A stretch of 64,000 nt of DNA from an uncultured virus (IMG/VR IMGVR_UViG_3300046727_000499) (IMGVR_UViG_3300046727_000499), one strand, 5' to 3'; shown: positions 27,762 to 38,129, counted from the stretch's first letter. Program-made: numbers and translations. Notes: generated by a model not told the origin, from the letters alone.

Positions 27762-29630
27762 ATGCCGCTTGGTACGATCACGCAGTTCCCGTTCGCTGGC
27801 GCGCTGACGGCAGCGAACCTGAACGCGCCCGTGAATAGCCTGAAGACCCTCGTCGATGCGTGGTACGACGCCGTGCCGACCACCTATTTCACGGTGGCGA
27901 ACATGGTCTCGACGAGCACGCCGAACAAGGGCGTGTTGCGGGATGCCAGTGCCGGCTTTCAGGCAGGCGCGGTCATCCTGCAGCAACCGGCCGCGGGTGG
28001 CGTCACGTTGCTGCTCCGCGCCTTCGACGCCACGACGCAAGCGCTCATCACCGGCCAAACAAACACCGGGGTCTCCACGTTCAGCTTCAATAATCTCGGT
28101 GCGGCAACGCTCGCATCGCTGGTCCTGACCGGTTCGCCGCTCGGCGCGGCATCGGGCGGCACCGGCAAGGTGACGAATACCGCCGGGCGATTGCTGCTCG
28201 GCAATGGCACGGGTGCGATGACCGAGTTGGCCGGCGCCGCGGATGGCCAGGTCGCCGTCTGGACCGCGGCTGCCGGCGGTGCGTGGCTCGCGGGTGGCGT
28301 CTCGCAGTTGGTGGTGACGGACTCACTCGCCACACCGGGTGCCGCAGCGCAGATCAACGTCGCCGCACAGAAGCCGTACGTCGATAGCAACGGCCAGATC
28401 ATCGGCCCGCTGACCGCTTCCGTTGCCGGTCTCCCGACGCAGCCGACCGGCACCCATTTCCAGTATGTCGCCATCTCCCGTGCTCCCGGCACGGGGTCGC
28501 TGACCGTGACGCCGGGCACGCTTGACGCGGCGGAATCGACGCTCGTCGTCCCGCAGGGCAACGACCCGATCGCGAGTGTTCTGTGGCCGGGCGTCACGAC
28601 GTTGCCCTCGGGGATTGTCCCCGCCGCCAACATCAAGGATGTGCGCGGTCCGCGCTACGGTCTGGGCAGCGCGTCGTCCGGGGTCGCCGGCACGATCGCG
28701 GCGCTGACGGCCGGTGATGTCACGGCGACGTATCCGAACACGAAAGACGTGACGAATCCGGCCACGTCACTCGGCATCCATCCCACGCTTGTGCGCCAGA
28801 CGACGGCAACAGCCTCGGTCACCGACCTGCTGAAGCTCAATGCGGCCCCACGCTTTGGGCTGACGCTCTCGGCTTCCGGCGCAACCGTGCGCTGCCAGGG
28901 GACGACGAACGCGCCCGTCGCGCTCGAGGTCGCGGGGCAATACTGCGTCCTCACCACGACGGTCACGAGCAACGCCGCGAGCGGAGCTGCCGGGACCTAT
29001 TACCTCTTCGCGGACCGCACGCCCGCCACACTGACCGCGCAATCATTGCCCGCGAACGCGTTCACGATTGCCATCGCGACCTCGAATGTCGCGACCGCGA
29101 CGCAGCGCCTGATTGGCAGCGCCTTCTTCGATGGCACGAACATCGATGTCGGCGTGACGTCGGGCGCGATCGCCGCCGTCACGGACCTGACGCCGATGCA
29201 GGTCCTCGGCTCCGGCCAGCTCAAACCGACGTCCCTCGTCAGTGTCAAGTCCACGCCGACCGCCGTCTCGACGACGACGTTTCTCGCGACCGTGGTCGGC
29301 AACAACGTCATCACGTATTGTCCGCAGACCGCGCTGTTGTTTTTCACCGCCACGATCGGCTTTGACACACCGTCGCTCGTCGGCTTGCAAATGGAGTTCG
29401 CGCTGGGCGACGTCATCACGGGTGCGGCCGCCAGCGCCGCGGCGAATGTCGACCCTTTACAGATCGTTGCCACCTCGACCTCGCAAAACGAGCGGCGGAC
29501 CTACGCCGGTATCGCGACGCTGTCCGGTGGCAACTCGCACGTGATCAATGTCTATGCACGATGCCTGCAAGCGAGTCAGTCGTTCAACGTCAATCTCGTC
29601 CGCATCAGCGGCTTACTGTTCACCAGTTGA
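27762..29630 (+). CDS. Minor tail / fibre protein
   Basis: 622 aa Thr/Ala/Gly-rich, in tail module. Confidence 0.65.
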   Translation: MPLGTITQFPFAGALTAANLNAPVNSLKTLVDAWYDAVPTTYFTVANMVSTSTPNKGVLRDASAGFQAGAVILQQPAAGGVTLLLRAFDATTQALITGQTNTGVSTFSFNNLGAATLASLVLTGSPLGAASGGTGKVTNTAGRLLLGNGTGAMTELAGAADGQVAVWTAAAGGAWLAGGVSQLVVTDSLATPGAAAQINVAAQKPYVDSNGQIIGPLTASVAGLPTQPTGTHFQYVAISRAPGTGSLTVTPGTLDAAESTLVVPQGNDPIASVLWPGVTTLPSGIVPAANIKDVRGPRYGLGSASSGVAGTIAALTAGDVTATYPNTKDVTNPATSLGIHPTLVRQTTATASVTDLLKLNAAPRFGLTLSASGATVRCQGTTNAPVALEVAGQYCVLTTTVTSNAASGAAGTYYLFADRTPATLTAQSLPANAFTIAIATSNVATATQRLIGSAFFDGTNIDVGVTSGAIAAVTDLTPMQVLGSGQLKPTSLVSVKSTPTAVSTTTFLATVVGNNVITYCPQTALLFFTATIGFDTPSLVGLQMEFALGDVITGAAASAAANVDPLQIVATSTSQNERRTYAGIATLSGGNSHVINVYARCLQASQSFNVNLVRISGLLFTS

Positions 29631-29643
29631 GAGTGAGGTCCTG

Positions 29644-30966
29644 ATGCCGCTCCTGCTCGCCGGTCTGCGTCTCTGGTGGCTGATCCGCACCACACGTCTG
29701 CTGACCGACGCCTACGCACCCGGAACGCCCGTCGTGTTCACCCACGATTATGCCGCGCTCAACAACAATGTCGCGGACGGTTCGCCGGGGTTCCCGGTCA
29801 CGACGGCCGGTCCGACCCTGCGCATCTCACGGACCGAACAGTTCAATCCGCGCATCGATGACGGCAATAATGAGTCGAACGCGGGAATCCTCGTCAATAC
29901 GTATGCGATGCATCTCACCGCCCAGCAGACCGTGGCAATCTTCGGGATCGCGCAATCGGAAGGGATGACCGCGGCCGAGAAGACGGCCTACGATACCGCC
30001 CATCCGGGTGCGCCGGCCAATAATGATGCCGTCGGCGTGATGGGCCTTGCCAACGCGCGGACGGGCAATCGCGGCGGCGCCGCCGGCGGGTACTTCCGCG
30101 GCATGCGCAACGATACGAACGGCACGTGCTCCGTCATGGAGGGCTGTGTCGTCAATGGCTCCGACCCCGGACCGGCCGCGCCGCCGGATGGCACGATCAG
30201 CGCGAGCGCTCCGTCGACCGTGGCGGGCTTCGTCGCCACCTGCACCGGCCGCGGTGGCAAGGGTGGGGACGCATTCGTGGTGCACAGCGCCGATGGTGGC
30301 ACCACGCGGTGGCGCGTCGCCTTCCATTCAACGACGCTGGGCGCGACGGACAACAGCATCCGCGTGGATTCATCTGAGCCCGTCGTCGCACTGGTCAACG
30401 GCACACACGGCGGTTTGATCGATGCCAGCGGCGCGACGTTCGACGGCAGTCGCCCGGTGATGAAGATCACGTCGGTGAAGAATCTGCTGGACGGGAATGC
30501 CAATCTCGACCTCTCGGTGATCCCCGCCAACCTCATCACCAACCGGATCCTCAACTACGTGGCAAACACGGACACCATCGCCGGTTCGGTTGCGGCGAGT
30601 ACGCTGACCGATCTGTGCGCGAATCAGAGTTTCACCGTAGCGGATGCGAGCAGTGTGGTCATCTTCCACGTCCGCGGTCATGTCCAGGCAAACCCGGCAA
30701 CGCTCGGCTCGGTCGCGGTGACGCTCCTGATCGATTCGGCGGGGACACCGCAGACGTTCAAGCTCTCCGGGAGCACCATCGCGGCCGGCGGGTACGCGAA
30801 CGCCCTTGCCGGGGCGGGCAGCGTGGTCGTGACCGGGCTGGCGGCCGGGAGTCACACCGTGAAGGTGCAGATCCAGGCGCAGATGACGACGACGGTCAAC
30901 TGCCGCGCGAACACGCAAGCGGCCTACGAGCATCTGGCGATTCAGGCTGTGGAGGTCCGGCGATGA
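29644..30966 (+). CDS. Tail fibre / receptor-binding protein candidate
   Basis: Beta-rich composition, in tail module. Confidence 0.6.
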   Translation: MPLLLAGLRLWWLIRTTRLLTDAYAPGTPVVFTHDYAALNNNVADGSPGFPVTTAGPTLRISRTEQFNPRIDDGNNESNAGILVNTYAMHLTAQQTVAIFGIAQSEGMTAAEKTAYDTAHPGAPANNDAVGVMGLANARTGNRGGAAGGYFRGMRNDTNGTCSVMEGCVVNGSDPGPAAPPDGTISASAPSTVAGFVATCTGRGGKGGDAFVVHSADGGTTRWRVAFHSTTLGATDNSIRVDSSEPVVALVNGTHGGLIDASGATFDGSRPVMKITSVKNLLDGNANLDLSVIPANLITNRILNYVANTDTIAGSVAASTLTDLCANQSFTVADASSVVIFHVRGHVQANPATLGSVAVTLLIDSAGTPQTFKLSGSTIAAGGYANALAGAGSVVVTGLAAGSHTVKVQIQAQMTTTVNCRANTQAAYEHLAIQAVEVRR

Positions 30967-31205
30967 TGGACAAAACGTGCGCCGCAGCGCTCGCCGCGGA
31001 CGACCTGGCGTATCACGACCGCGTCGTCGCCGAAGAGGCCGCTGCCCAGCAACTCCTCCAGCAGGCGCAGATCCGGGCCGCCAAGGCAGAAGCGGTCGCG
31101 TCCTCCTGGTGGGCGCACCTCAAGGATTCCTATGCGCTCGTCGAGGAGGACACCGTCGCTCCGGATGGCACCATCAGCCGTGTGCCGCGTGCGGCGGATG
31201 CGTAG
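30963..31205 (+). CDS. Hypothetical protein
   Basis: GGAGG SD, ATGA overlap. Confidence 0.55.
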   Translation: MMDKTCAAALAADDLAYHDRVVAEEAAAQQLLQQAQIRAAKAEAVASSWWAHLKDSYALVEEDTVAPDGTISRVPRAADA

Positions 31206-31207
31206 CG

Positions 31208-32938
31208 ATGCGTGTCTGGGCGGATCTCTTCAATAACCAGGGTCAGTACCAGACGACCATCAACGGCGTGCCGATTGCCGGCCCGCTCCGTGGCATGCGC
31301 GACATTGCCTACACCCCGCGCGGCGCCCGCCTCAACGCCGCGGGCGAGTTGTCCTTTGCCATTCCCCTGGCCACCCGTCGCGCCACCGCGATCAACGAAG
31401 GGACCTTTATTCGCCTCTGGGAAGATGGCCGCGATCAGGGCTTGTTCATCGTCGGCGAGGGGAGCGAGTCCGACGATAGCACGCTCGCGACCTTCCGCTG
31501 CTCCGACCTGCTGGAGGAGTTGCGCTGGTCGCTGCTCACCGGCTATGCGAACAACGGCGCGCTGCCGGTTGACCGGACCGCGGCGGACATCGTGCGCCTC
31601 GCACAGGATTACGCCCTGCTGCCAACGGTCAGCGATTGGAGCCTGGTGCCGATCGCCGGCACCGCGGGGTTCTACCTCGGTACCAGCTACGTCGTCGAGG
31701 CATCGTCCACGCTGGCGGCGCTGGTTGATCTCTGCCAACAAACCGGCTACGGATTTCGCCTCCAGGGAACGACGGACCGGGTGATTGAGTTCGGCGACTT
31801 GCGGGGGGACAGTGGGCTGCGGCTCCAGCGCGCCGGTGGCGATGCATCGCGGCAGCCGCCCGCCTATCTGCGCCCGATCACCGCACTCGCGCCGCAGCGC
31901 GATCCCCAGAGCATCACAACGCTTGTCGTCCCGGAGACGCAGGGCGTGGATGGCGCCAGCTTGCGGGACGTCTGGAACGAGACGGGGAACACGCTCGTCG
32001 CCGGCACGGATGGCAACTGGCACCTGACCGGGCCGATCACCGATGGCTGGTACGACCCGACCTTCCCACTGATGCGCCGGCCACGGCCCGACCTGAAAGC
32101 GAGCGACGGCCAGGATGGTTGGACCTATTTCGTCGCGAATCAGGGTGCGCTGGCGACCCTGCGCAATCGGTGGCAGTCACAGTCGTTCAGCGAGATCCGG
32201 CCCGCATCGGCATTCATCAGTGATCGCCGGGCTGCTGCGGCCGCCGTCTATCGGGCCTGCGTCGCCTACCTCCAGGTGCACGCCGAAGCGCATCGCGTCC
32301 TCGATATCACGACCGTTGCCGCCGGCGACAACCGTGGCATCGCGGGCAAGGATGTGCAGGTCATCGACCATCATTTGGTCGATGGCGTCGTGACGCGCGA
32401 CATCAACGAGTTTCGCACCATCGTCGACGTGACGCGCTCGGTGGATGCGACCGGGCTCGGCACCGACCACTGGACCGTCGACAATGTCGGGCGCCCGATC
32501 CGCGGCGACCGCCACGTGATCGGCGACACCTGGCGGCAGATGGTGGCGCTGGCGAAGAATCCGCGGCCCGTGATCTACACGCACACGCGGACCTACGCGA
32601 GCCACGTGCCGCGAGGCCAGAGCATGTCATTCACGATTCCGGCCGATCCGAACCAGCGGCGCACGCAGGTGCTCGTGCATCTCATGCCCGGCAAGGATGA
32701 CGCCGGTTCTTCGCCGGACCTCGTCCTGTTCTTCGCCGGCGGCTATAGTTATCAGAGTGACAGTTACCAGACCGGCAACGGCGATCAACCCGCTGATTTT
32801 GATATCAGTTTTGTCCCCGGCAACGCGCCCGCGCCTCTCGGACTCGATTCGCTGCACGATCTCGCCTGCTCGGTCGCCGTGGGCGCGCCTGGGAACATCA
32901 CCGCCACCGTCACGATCGCGTACTCTGGACTGCGCTGA
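31208..32938 (+). CDS. Tail hub / Tal-like minor tail protein
   Basis: LN.AGELSF.IP and G.FIV...C.D.L.EL pattern typical of siphophage hub proteins. Confidence 0.6.
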   Translation: MRVWADLFNNQGQYQTTINGVPIAGPLRGMRDIAYTPRGARLNAAGELSFAIPLATRRATAINEGTFIRLWEDGRDQGLFIVGEGSESDDSTLATFRCSDLLEELRWSLLTGYANNGALPVDRTAADIVRLAQDYALLPTVSDWSLVPIAGTAGFYLGTSYVVEASSTLAALVDLCQQTGYGFRLQGTTDRVIEFGDLRGDSGLRLQRAGGDASRQPPAYLRPITALAPQRDPQSITTLVVPETQGVDGASLRDVWNETGNTLVAGTDGNWHLTGPITDGWYDPTFPLMRRPRPDLKASDGQDGWTYFVANQGALATLRNRWQSQSFSEIRPASAFISDRRAAAAAVYRACVAYLQVHAEAHRVLDITTVAAGDNRGIAGKDVQVIDHHLVDGVVTRDINEFRTIVDVTRSVDATGLGTDHWTVDNVGRPIRGDRHVIGDTWRQMVALAKNPRPVIYTHTRTYASHVPRGQSMSFTIPADPNQRRTQVLVHLMPGKDDAGSSPDLVLFFAGGYSYQSDSYQTGNGDQPADFDISFVPGNAPAPLGLDSLHDLACSVAVGAPGNITATVTIAYSGLR

Positions 32939-33219
32939 TGGACGCGAGCGTCGCCCTGATCACGACCCTCGGCGCGATCGCGGTGGCGCTGATTAGTGGT
33001 GGCTTCGCCTTCGCCACACAGCGCGGCAAGGGATCCGGTGACTATCTGCGCGAGCGGATCGCGGTCCTCGAAGCGCGTGAGGATAGCACGCTCGCGCCGC
33101 TCGTCGCCGCGGTGCAAAGCCAGCAGGACTCGATCGCGCAGATCGCCCAGCTGGTCACGACGGTGATGGAGGAGATCCAGTACCGCCGCCGGCGTCAGCA
33201 AGAAGGGAGCGATGACTGA
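32938..33219 (+). CDS. Small membrane protein with coiled coil (lysis-associated?)
   Basis: N-terminal TM helix. Confidence 0.6.
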   Translation: MDASVALITTLGAIAVALISGGFAFATQRGKGSGDYLRERIAVLEAREDSTLAPLVAAVQSQQDSIAQIAQLVTTVMEEIQYRRRRQQEGSDD

Positions 33220-33467
33220 TGACCGCCTGGCTGAGTATTGCCGAGCTCCGACTGGTCGCACTCTACCTTGCCACGATTGCCAGTGCCGCCGTCCTCGGCT
33301 TCCTCGCCGCGCGGTCGATCAATCGCCAGCAACGGCGGGCCGCGGAGGTGGAGGCGGTGCAGCACATCATCGATGCGGACAAGCGACGGGAAGAGGCGGA
33401 AGCCCTCGCCCGCACGAGCGAGGCGCAGCGGCAGACGCTGTCCGCGCAAGGAGAGCGGTCTGGATGA
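33219..33467 (+). CDS. Small membrane protein
   Basis: N-terminal TM, TGATG coupling. Confidence 0.55.
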   Translation: MTAWLSIAELRLVALYLATIASAAVLGFLAARSINRQQRRAAEVEAVQHIIDADKRREEAEALARTSEAQRQTLSAQGERSG

Positions 33468-33838
33468 ACACGCGCCAATACCCGCCCATTGAGGACGAGG
33501 GCGTCTCAGCACCCTACCGGGCGCCGGGGCCGCTCACGCGACAGATGCCGCGATCGCCCGCGCCCACGACGCTGCCGCCCCGGTTCTACGAGCACACGGT
33601 TCTCGTCACCGCCGGCGTTCATGCATCGTGGCTCTGGTTCTGCGCCTGCGACAAGGTCCACGAGCAGGGCGGGAACCGCTTCCTGACGATGACGGTCGTC
33701 CGGCAGTTGATGGACTTCGAGGGGCTCGGCGTCAAGGCGAAGCGCGTCGTCCAGGACGGGATCGACGCCGGGCTCTTCGCGCAGACGAAGAGCGGCATTC
33801 TCATTCAACTCGACGCCCTCGATGATCGTCGCGGGTGA
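33464..33838 (+). CDS. Hypothetical protein (winged-helix-like C-terminus)
   Basis: ATGA-coupled, GC3-rich codons. Confidence 0.5.
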   Translation: MNTRQYPPIEDEGVSAPYRAPGPLTRQMPRSPAPTTLPPRFYEHTVLVTAGVHASWLWFCACDKVHEQGGNRFLTMTVVRQLMDFEGLGVKAKRVVQDGIDAGLFAQTKSGILIQLDALDDRRG

Positions 33839-33969
33839 TTCTGCGCATAGGTACGTGAAGAGCCCGTAGCGTGGCTCTCAGCGCGTTTACGGGGCATTGG
33901 AGAGGTGGCAACGGCGAACCGGGCGGGTGTCTCCACTCTTCCCCGACTCGACCCGGATTGCTGTCGCCT

Positions 33970-34572
33970 TTACGCTTTCGCGGCTGCTCGTTGCGCGGCT
34001 GCTCGTTGCGCTCCTGCTCGCTGCAACGCAGACCACGGCTTACCTTTCTTCGCGGCGCTGATGGCAGCGCGATGGGCGTCTGAAAAGCGTTTGCCCTTCT
34101 TGGCGAGGCTGATCTTCATGCCACGGTCTGGTTCGGGCGGCGGCAACTGAACGGTCACGCGGCTCAGGCGGATATTCTCAATGTGTTCCGCCGACAACTT
34201 GCGTCCGGTCAATGCGGCACTGATCTTCGCGTTGCGTGCGGGATTGTACTTGGCCACCGCGCGTCGTTTCTTCCAGCCCAGTTGCGTGTTCAACAGATCG
34301 TATCCGCCCGCACACAAAGCGGTTACCCAATAGTGTTCCCGTGCATCTGCGTGGTCGATGGCGACGCAATCAATGATGACCATCTCGGGCATGACGCCCA
34401 ACGCGATGAGCGAACGAACCCAATCATCCTTCACCGTGCGACCCCGTCCGTGTCGATGGCGGCGCAGGCGATCTTTGGGATCGGTCGTTTGTCCGACATA
34501 GCGCGGGCGCAGCGTCGTCGGCTCAATGAGCATGTAGATGTAGGTGAACAGGCTGGTAGACTGAGCGAGCAT
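33970..34572 (-). CDS. Free-standing GIY-YIG homing endonuclease with NUMOD3-like repeats
   Basis: YIY...YVGQT...R.R.H...E..W...N; KIS.A..G...S..H...IS repeats. Confidence 0.9.
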   Translation of the reverse strand: MLAQSTSLFTYIYMLIEPTTLRPRYVGQTTDPKDRLRRHRHGRGRTVKDDWVRSLIALGVMPEMVIIDCVAIDHADAREHYWVTALCAGGYDLLNTQLGWKKRRAVAKYNPARNAKISAALTGRKLSAEHIENIRLSRVTVQLPPPEPDRGMKISLAKKGKRFSDAHRAAISAAKKGKPWSALQRAGAQRAAAQRAAAKA

Positions 34573-34666
34573 CGAAGTTACCCCTTCGGTGTCACGCCTC
34601 CGGCTGCTGATAACAGCGCGGGGGCATTCGTATGTCTCACCACATTATCGCATTGGGAGGTCATAA

Positions 34667-35971
34667 ATGCAAACAACACTGGACAGAGAATCGTACATAT
34701 TCAACGCGCTTTCGTTTGAGCAATATGAGGCAATCGTCAACGCGGGAAGCATGGGCATGACCAGTCCGATGCTCGGTCAAGAAAACTATCAGGGCCTCAT
34801 GTTGGCGAGCAAGGGCATCAACTCTGATGCGAGAGTCCTGCTTTCAGGACTTTTATGGGAAGGGCATTTTGGCACAGATCCGGGTCTGGCGGCTGCTGAG
34901 GTTCTGAATCTTTCCGGGATCAAGTGGGCGGGGCAGCGCAGCGCCACCGATTCCGGCATCCCCGCTGATACCGGCGGCACGTACGCGGCGTTCGCCACCC
35001 TGACAGCGTTCTTCGGTGAATATGCGCGCACCTTGGTCAACGAGTACATCGGCCCGTACTTCGAAGCCGGCGACATGGCGAATGCGTGGAGCGTCTACAT
35101 CCAGGGGAGACCGAACAGCGGCCACGGCCAGGAACGTGTTGACCAGTGGGCGTACTACCGCGATCACTATCCACCGCAGGATACCGCCGGTCCTGTCAGC
35201 GGTGTGTACGGCGCGGACCTGATTGCCATGTTGCACACACAGATCGGTCACCCCTCCAGCGATGGGTATGATGCCCGAAATGGAAATCACGCCTGGAGCT
35301 ATTGGTGCCGCGCGGCGGTGGAATCCACCGGGCGCAACTGCGGGCTCGAGGTGGTTGCGCACACGAGCGCGCTGGCGGCGCAACAGGCGGCGGCGGCTCA
35401 GGGATTGCTCAACACGCGGGACGCACCGGAGCATGGCGCGGTGGTGCAGTTCGACACGCGATTCTACGCACCGGATGGCCATACCGGGCTCTATGATGCA
35501 GATGAGGGGATGCTGCTCGGCACACTGACGGACGGCACCGGGGTCGGCTACCGGCAGTGGGGACCGGGGACGTATGGTTACGCGGGGTGGTACCGGATGC
35601 CGGGAGTGCTGGCGCCGCGCCGCGATGCGACGGGGATGCCGCCGCCGATCCCCGCACCGGATGATAACTACGTCATCCCCGGCAATCCCTACAACGAATC
35701 GATCACGGATCCCAACCACCGGATCGGCGTCGGCGGCGGCATCAAAGCGAAGTGGCAGCAGACACCCGACCCGCTCTCGATCTTCGGTTTCCCTGTTGCC
35801 AACGAGACACAAGCGCTCGTGACCGAACCCGATGGAAGCACCGTGCAACAGCGGACGGTACAGTTCTTTGAACGAACAGTCCTGATCTTTCAACCCGAAC
35901 ACGCCGGCACGGCATGGGAAGTGGTTGTGTCTCTTCGTGGTCAGACGATTACGGAACTGGTGGTCGCATGA
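34667..35971 (+). CDS. Modular endolysin
   Basis: Lysozyme/glucosaminidase-like N-terminus (E..FG, N..GIK, YA.F), CHAP/NlpC-like middle (WC, GH.G), C-terminal FFER domain; precedes holin. Confidence 0.8.
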   Translation: MQTTLDRESYIFNALSFEQYEAIVNAGSMGMTSPMLGQENYQGLMLASKGINSDARVLLSGLLWEGHFGTDPGLAAAEVLNLSGIKWAGQRSATDSGIPADTGGTYAAFATLTAFFGEYARTLVNEYIGPYFEAGDMANAWSVYIQGRPNSGHGQERVDQWAYYRDHYPPQDTAGPVSGVYGADLIAMLHTQIGHPSSDGYDARNGNHAWSYWCRAAVESTGRNCGLEVVAHTSALAAQQAAAAQGLLNTRDAPEHGAVVQFDTRFYAPDGHTGLYDADEGMLLGTLTDGTGVGYRQWGPGTYGYAGWYRMPGVLAPRRDATGMPPPIPAPDDNYVIPGNPYNESITDPNHRIGVGGGIKAKWQQTPDPLSIFGFPVANETQALVTEPDGSTVQQRTVQFFERTVLIFQPEHAGTAWEVVVSLRGQTITELVVA

Positions 35972-36321
35972 ACGTCCCGGAGCTCCTCGCCAGCATCATC
36001 CTGACGATCGTCGGCGCGGCGACCACCTGGCTGCTCGCCGCGGGCGCGCTCTGGCTGCAGAAACACGTCTCGAGCGACAAACTCGCGCTCGGCATGACGA
36101 TCGCCCAGGTCGCGGTGCAGGCGACGGAGCAGATCGCCGCGAAGACCGGCTGGGACGGCGACACGAAGTTCAAGGTGGCGCAGGAGCGACTCCTCGCCCT
36201 CGCAAAGAACACTGGCATCAATTTGACGCCGGAGCAGGTGAGCAGCCTCATTGAGCACGCAGTGCACCAGTTGAAAGAAAGCCAGGAGCTCCTCCGCGCA
36301 GCAGCAGATCCCTTACCCTGA
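35968..36321 (+). CDS. Phage holin, LL-H-like
   Basis: Near-identical to 589-942. Confidence 0.8.
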   Translation: MNVPELLASIILTIVGAATTWLLAAGALWLQKHVSSDKLALGMTIAQVAVQATEQIAAKTGWDGDTKFKVAQERLLALAKNTGINLTPEQVSSLIEHAVHQLKESQELLRAAADPLP

Positions 36322-36347
36322 CATTTCTCCCCTCTTCCCCATCTCCC

Positions 36348-36390
36348 GCCCCTTCTCGCTGTCGCGGCGGGGAGGGGCCTTTTTATTTGT
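36348..36390 (+). terminator. Terminator after holin
   Basis: GC-rich stem followed by TTTTTATTT. Confidence 0.6.
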
Positions 36391-36601
36391 TGGGCGCTCC
36401 TTCCGGTGGCGGCGGGGCAGGCGAGGCATCCTCCCATGCCAGTGCGATCACGTCCCGCATGCTTCCAACCGGGCCGGGATGCGCGTCGAGCCAGTCCCGC
36501 ACCCGCTCAATCGTCCCGCGCCGCTCGTTGTCTGCGAGATAGAGCGTGAGAAACGCGAACTCGCTCATGAAGATCGGTGGGTACGTCTGCTTTGCCATCA
36601 C
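36383..36601 (-). CDS. Hypothetical protein
   Basis: GGAGGAG SD, coupled to upstream ORF. Confidence 0.55.
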   Translation of the reverse strand: MMAKQTYPPIFMSEFAFLTLYLADNERRGTIERVRDWLDAHPGPVGSMRDVIALAWEDASPAPPPPEGAPNK

Positions 36602-37044
36602 TCCTCCTCCTCGCGCCCGTCCGTGGCTGTCGCGGTCAGGGCAATGCGCACAACCTCGGCAATCGCGTGGCGCATCCCCCGCGTAAACGAGTGGGCGAGA
36701 GAGGGCTTGGTGGGCAGGGTGTGCTCGGATCGGCTCTCGGCGCGATCACTGACCTGCTTCATCGCCTCCCGCAACTGCGCTAGCCCGCGCAGGGCGGCAT
36801 CACGCTCGCGCTCTGCGGCGGCGAGGCGGGCGCGGAGGGCGGCATTGACATCTTCCTGTCGCGCAATCTCCTCTACTAGCACGCGCGCCCGATCATGCGG
36901 ACGCTTCTCGAAATAGTCGGGATCAAGCGCGTCGAGCCGCTCCATCATTTCCGTCGCAATCATGCCGCCGTCGTCGCTGGTGAAGTGCGGAAAACGGTTG
37001 AGTTTGCTCATCGCTGCCCCCGCGACATGTTGTGGGTCACTCAT
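36598..37044 (-). CDS. Hypothetical coiled-coil protein
   Basis: GGAGGAGG SD. Confidence 0.6.
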   Translation of the reverse strand: MSDPQHVAGAAMSKLNRFPHFTSDDGGMIATEMMERLDALDPDYFEKRPHDRARVLVEEIARQEDVNAALRARLAAAERERDAALRGLAQLREAMKQVSDRAESRSEHTLPTKPSLAHSFTRGMRHAIAEVVRIALTATATDGREEEE

Positions 37045-37057
37045 CGTAGTCCTCCTC

Positions 37058-37163
37058 CGTGGGCGGGATGGTTTGAACCGCTCTTCTATGGTTTATCCCG
37101 TCCCAACGCGCTTTTCAAGCGCCACCCCTATGGGTCGCTCTTCTCGCCCGCTCCGTAGCCCTC
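37058..37163. repeat. Conserved ~105-bp non-coding element, copy 2
   Basis: Near-identical to 1021-1126. Confidence 0.85.
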
Positions 37164-37168
37164 CTACC

Positions 37169-37197
37169 GTGACAATGATGTAACTCTGTGTTACACT
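37169..37197 (+). promoter_or_regulatory. Promoter with overlapping operator palindrome
   Basis: GTGACA-N17-TACACT containing TGTAAC-N5-GTTACA. Confidence 0.55.
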
Positions 37198-37246
37198 GCT
37201 TGCAGATGAGGCGATGGGCCTCACAGATGAGACGGGAGCAAACGAG

Positions 37247-37552
37247 ATGACGACCGACGCACTGAAGATCAGCCAACTGCTCACCGAGGAAACAGCGTCC
37301 ATCGCCGCGAAAGCGGTTGCACGGCGTGAGATGGATGACAACGCGATGCCCGCAGGCGTCCATCCCGGCAACATCGGCGTCATCGCTGAACCCCGCATCC
37401 GCCGCGCCCTCAATGCCACGTTCACCGATCATGCGCACATCAACGACGCGCGCCGCGCCCTTCGCCCGATGGCTGACGAACTAGTTGCGGAGATCGCGGA
37501 GCGGTTGGTGTCGGGTGAGGACTTCGAGACGGTCAAGCAGTCGTATTTCTAG
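37247..37552 (+). CDS. Hypothetical protein
   Basis: GGGAG SD, GC3-rich codons. Confidence 0.55.
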   Translation: MTTDALKISQLLTEETASIAAKAVARREMDDNAMPAGVHPGNIGVIAEPRIRRALNATFTDHAHINDARRALRPMADELVAEIAERLVSGEDFETVKQSYF

Positions 37553-37563
37553 GGAGGACAGCG

Positions 37564-38004
37564 ATGACATTTCACATCGAAACCCGCGACATGTTCGAGA
37601 TTCCTGACGGATGGTATCGACGCCCCTACGAGCAGCGGACAACGCTGGAGGCAGCAACCGCACGGGCAGACGAACTCTTCAACAATCACGTGCCCGGTGA
37701 TGATATTGTCGCGGTGCGTGTCGTGGACGATTCTGGCGCTGCCCTCTTTGCGCTCCCTAATCGCCGCAGCGGTCTTGACGATGCGCCGCCATATTTCGGA
37801 ATCGCGATGATGCCCCCCGACGACCTACGCGCCCGCAGGAAGGCACTCGACATCACGCAGGCGCAACTCGCACAGTGGCTCCAGATTGCACGGGCGACGG
37901 TCAACCGATGGGAGCGAGGGCGGGAACCAATCCCGCCCTATCTGCATCTCGCCCTCGATCGTCTGGATCAACTCGCTGCCTTCGGCAAGACCGTGAGAGA
38001 ATAG
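37564..38004 (+). CDS. Protein with C-terminal XRE HTH
   Basis: LRARRKALDITQAQLA..L.I...TVNRWERG. Confidence 0.75.
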   Translation: MTFHIETRDMFEIPDGWYRRPYEQRTTLEAATARADELFNNHVPGDDIVAVRVVDDSGAALFALPNRRSGLDDAPPYFGIAMMPPDDLRARRKALDITQAQLAQWLQIARATVNRWERGREPIPPYLHLALDRLDQLAAFGKTVRE

Positions 38005-38129
38005 TTATCGCTCTCGCCACTCCTGCTGAATGAGCCGTGCCCGCACGACGATAGCCATCTCTTTGATCGCAGACCGCCGCAGTTCCATCGCCATCATCCG
38101 CGCGCTGCTGGATGATCCCCCGCCCACCG

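Noticed and set aside
33840..34666. Group I intron around the GIY-YIG gene
   Set aside because: The gene is antisense and intergenic, flanking ORFs look complete and I recognised no intron core
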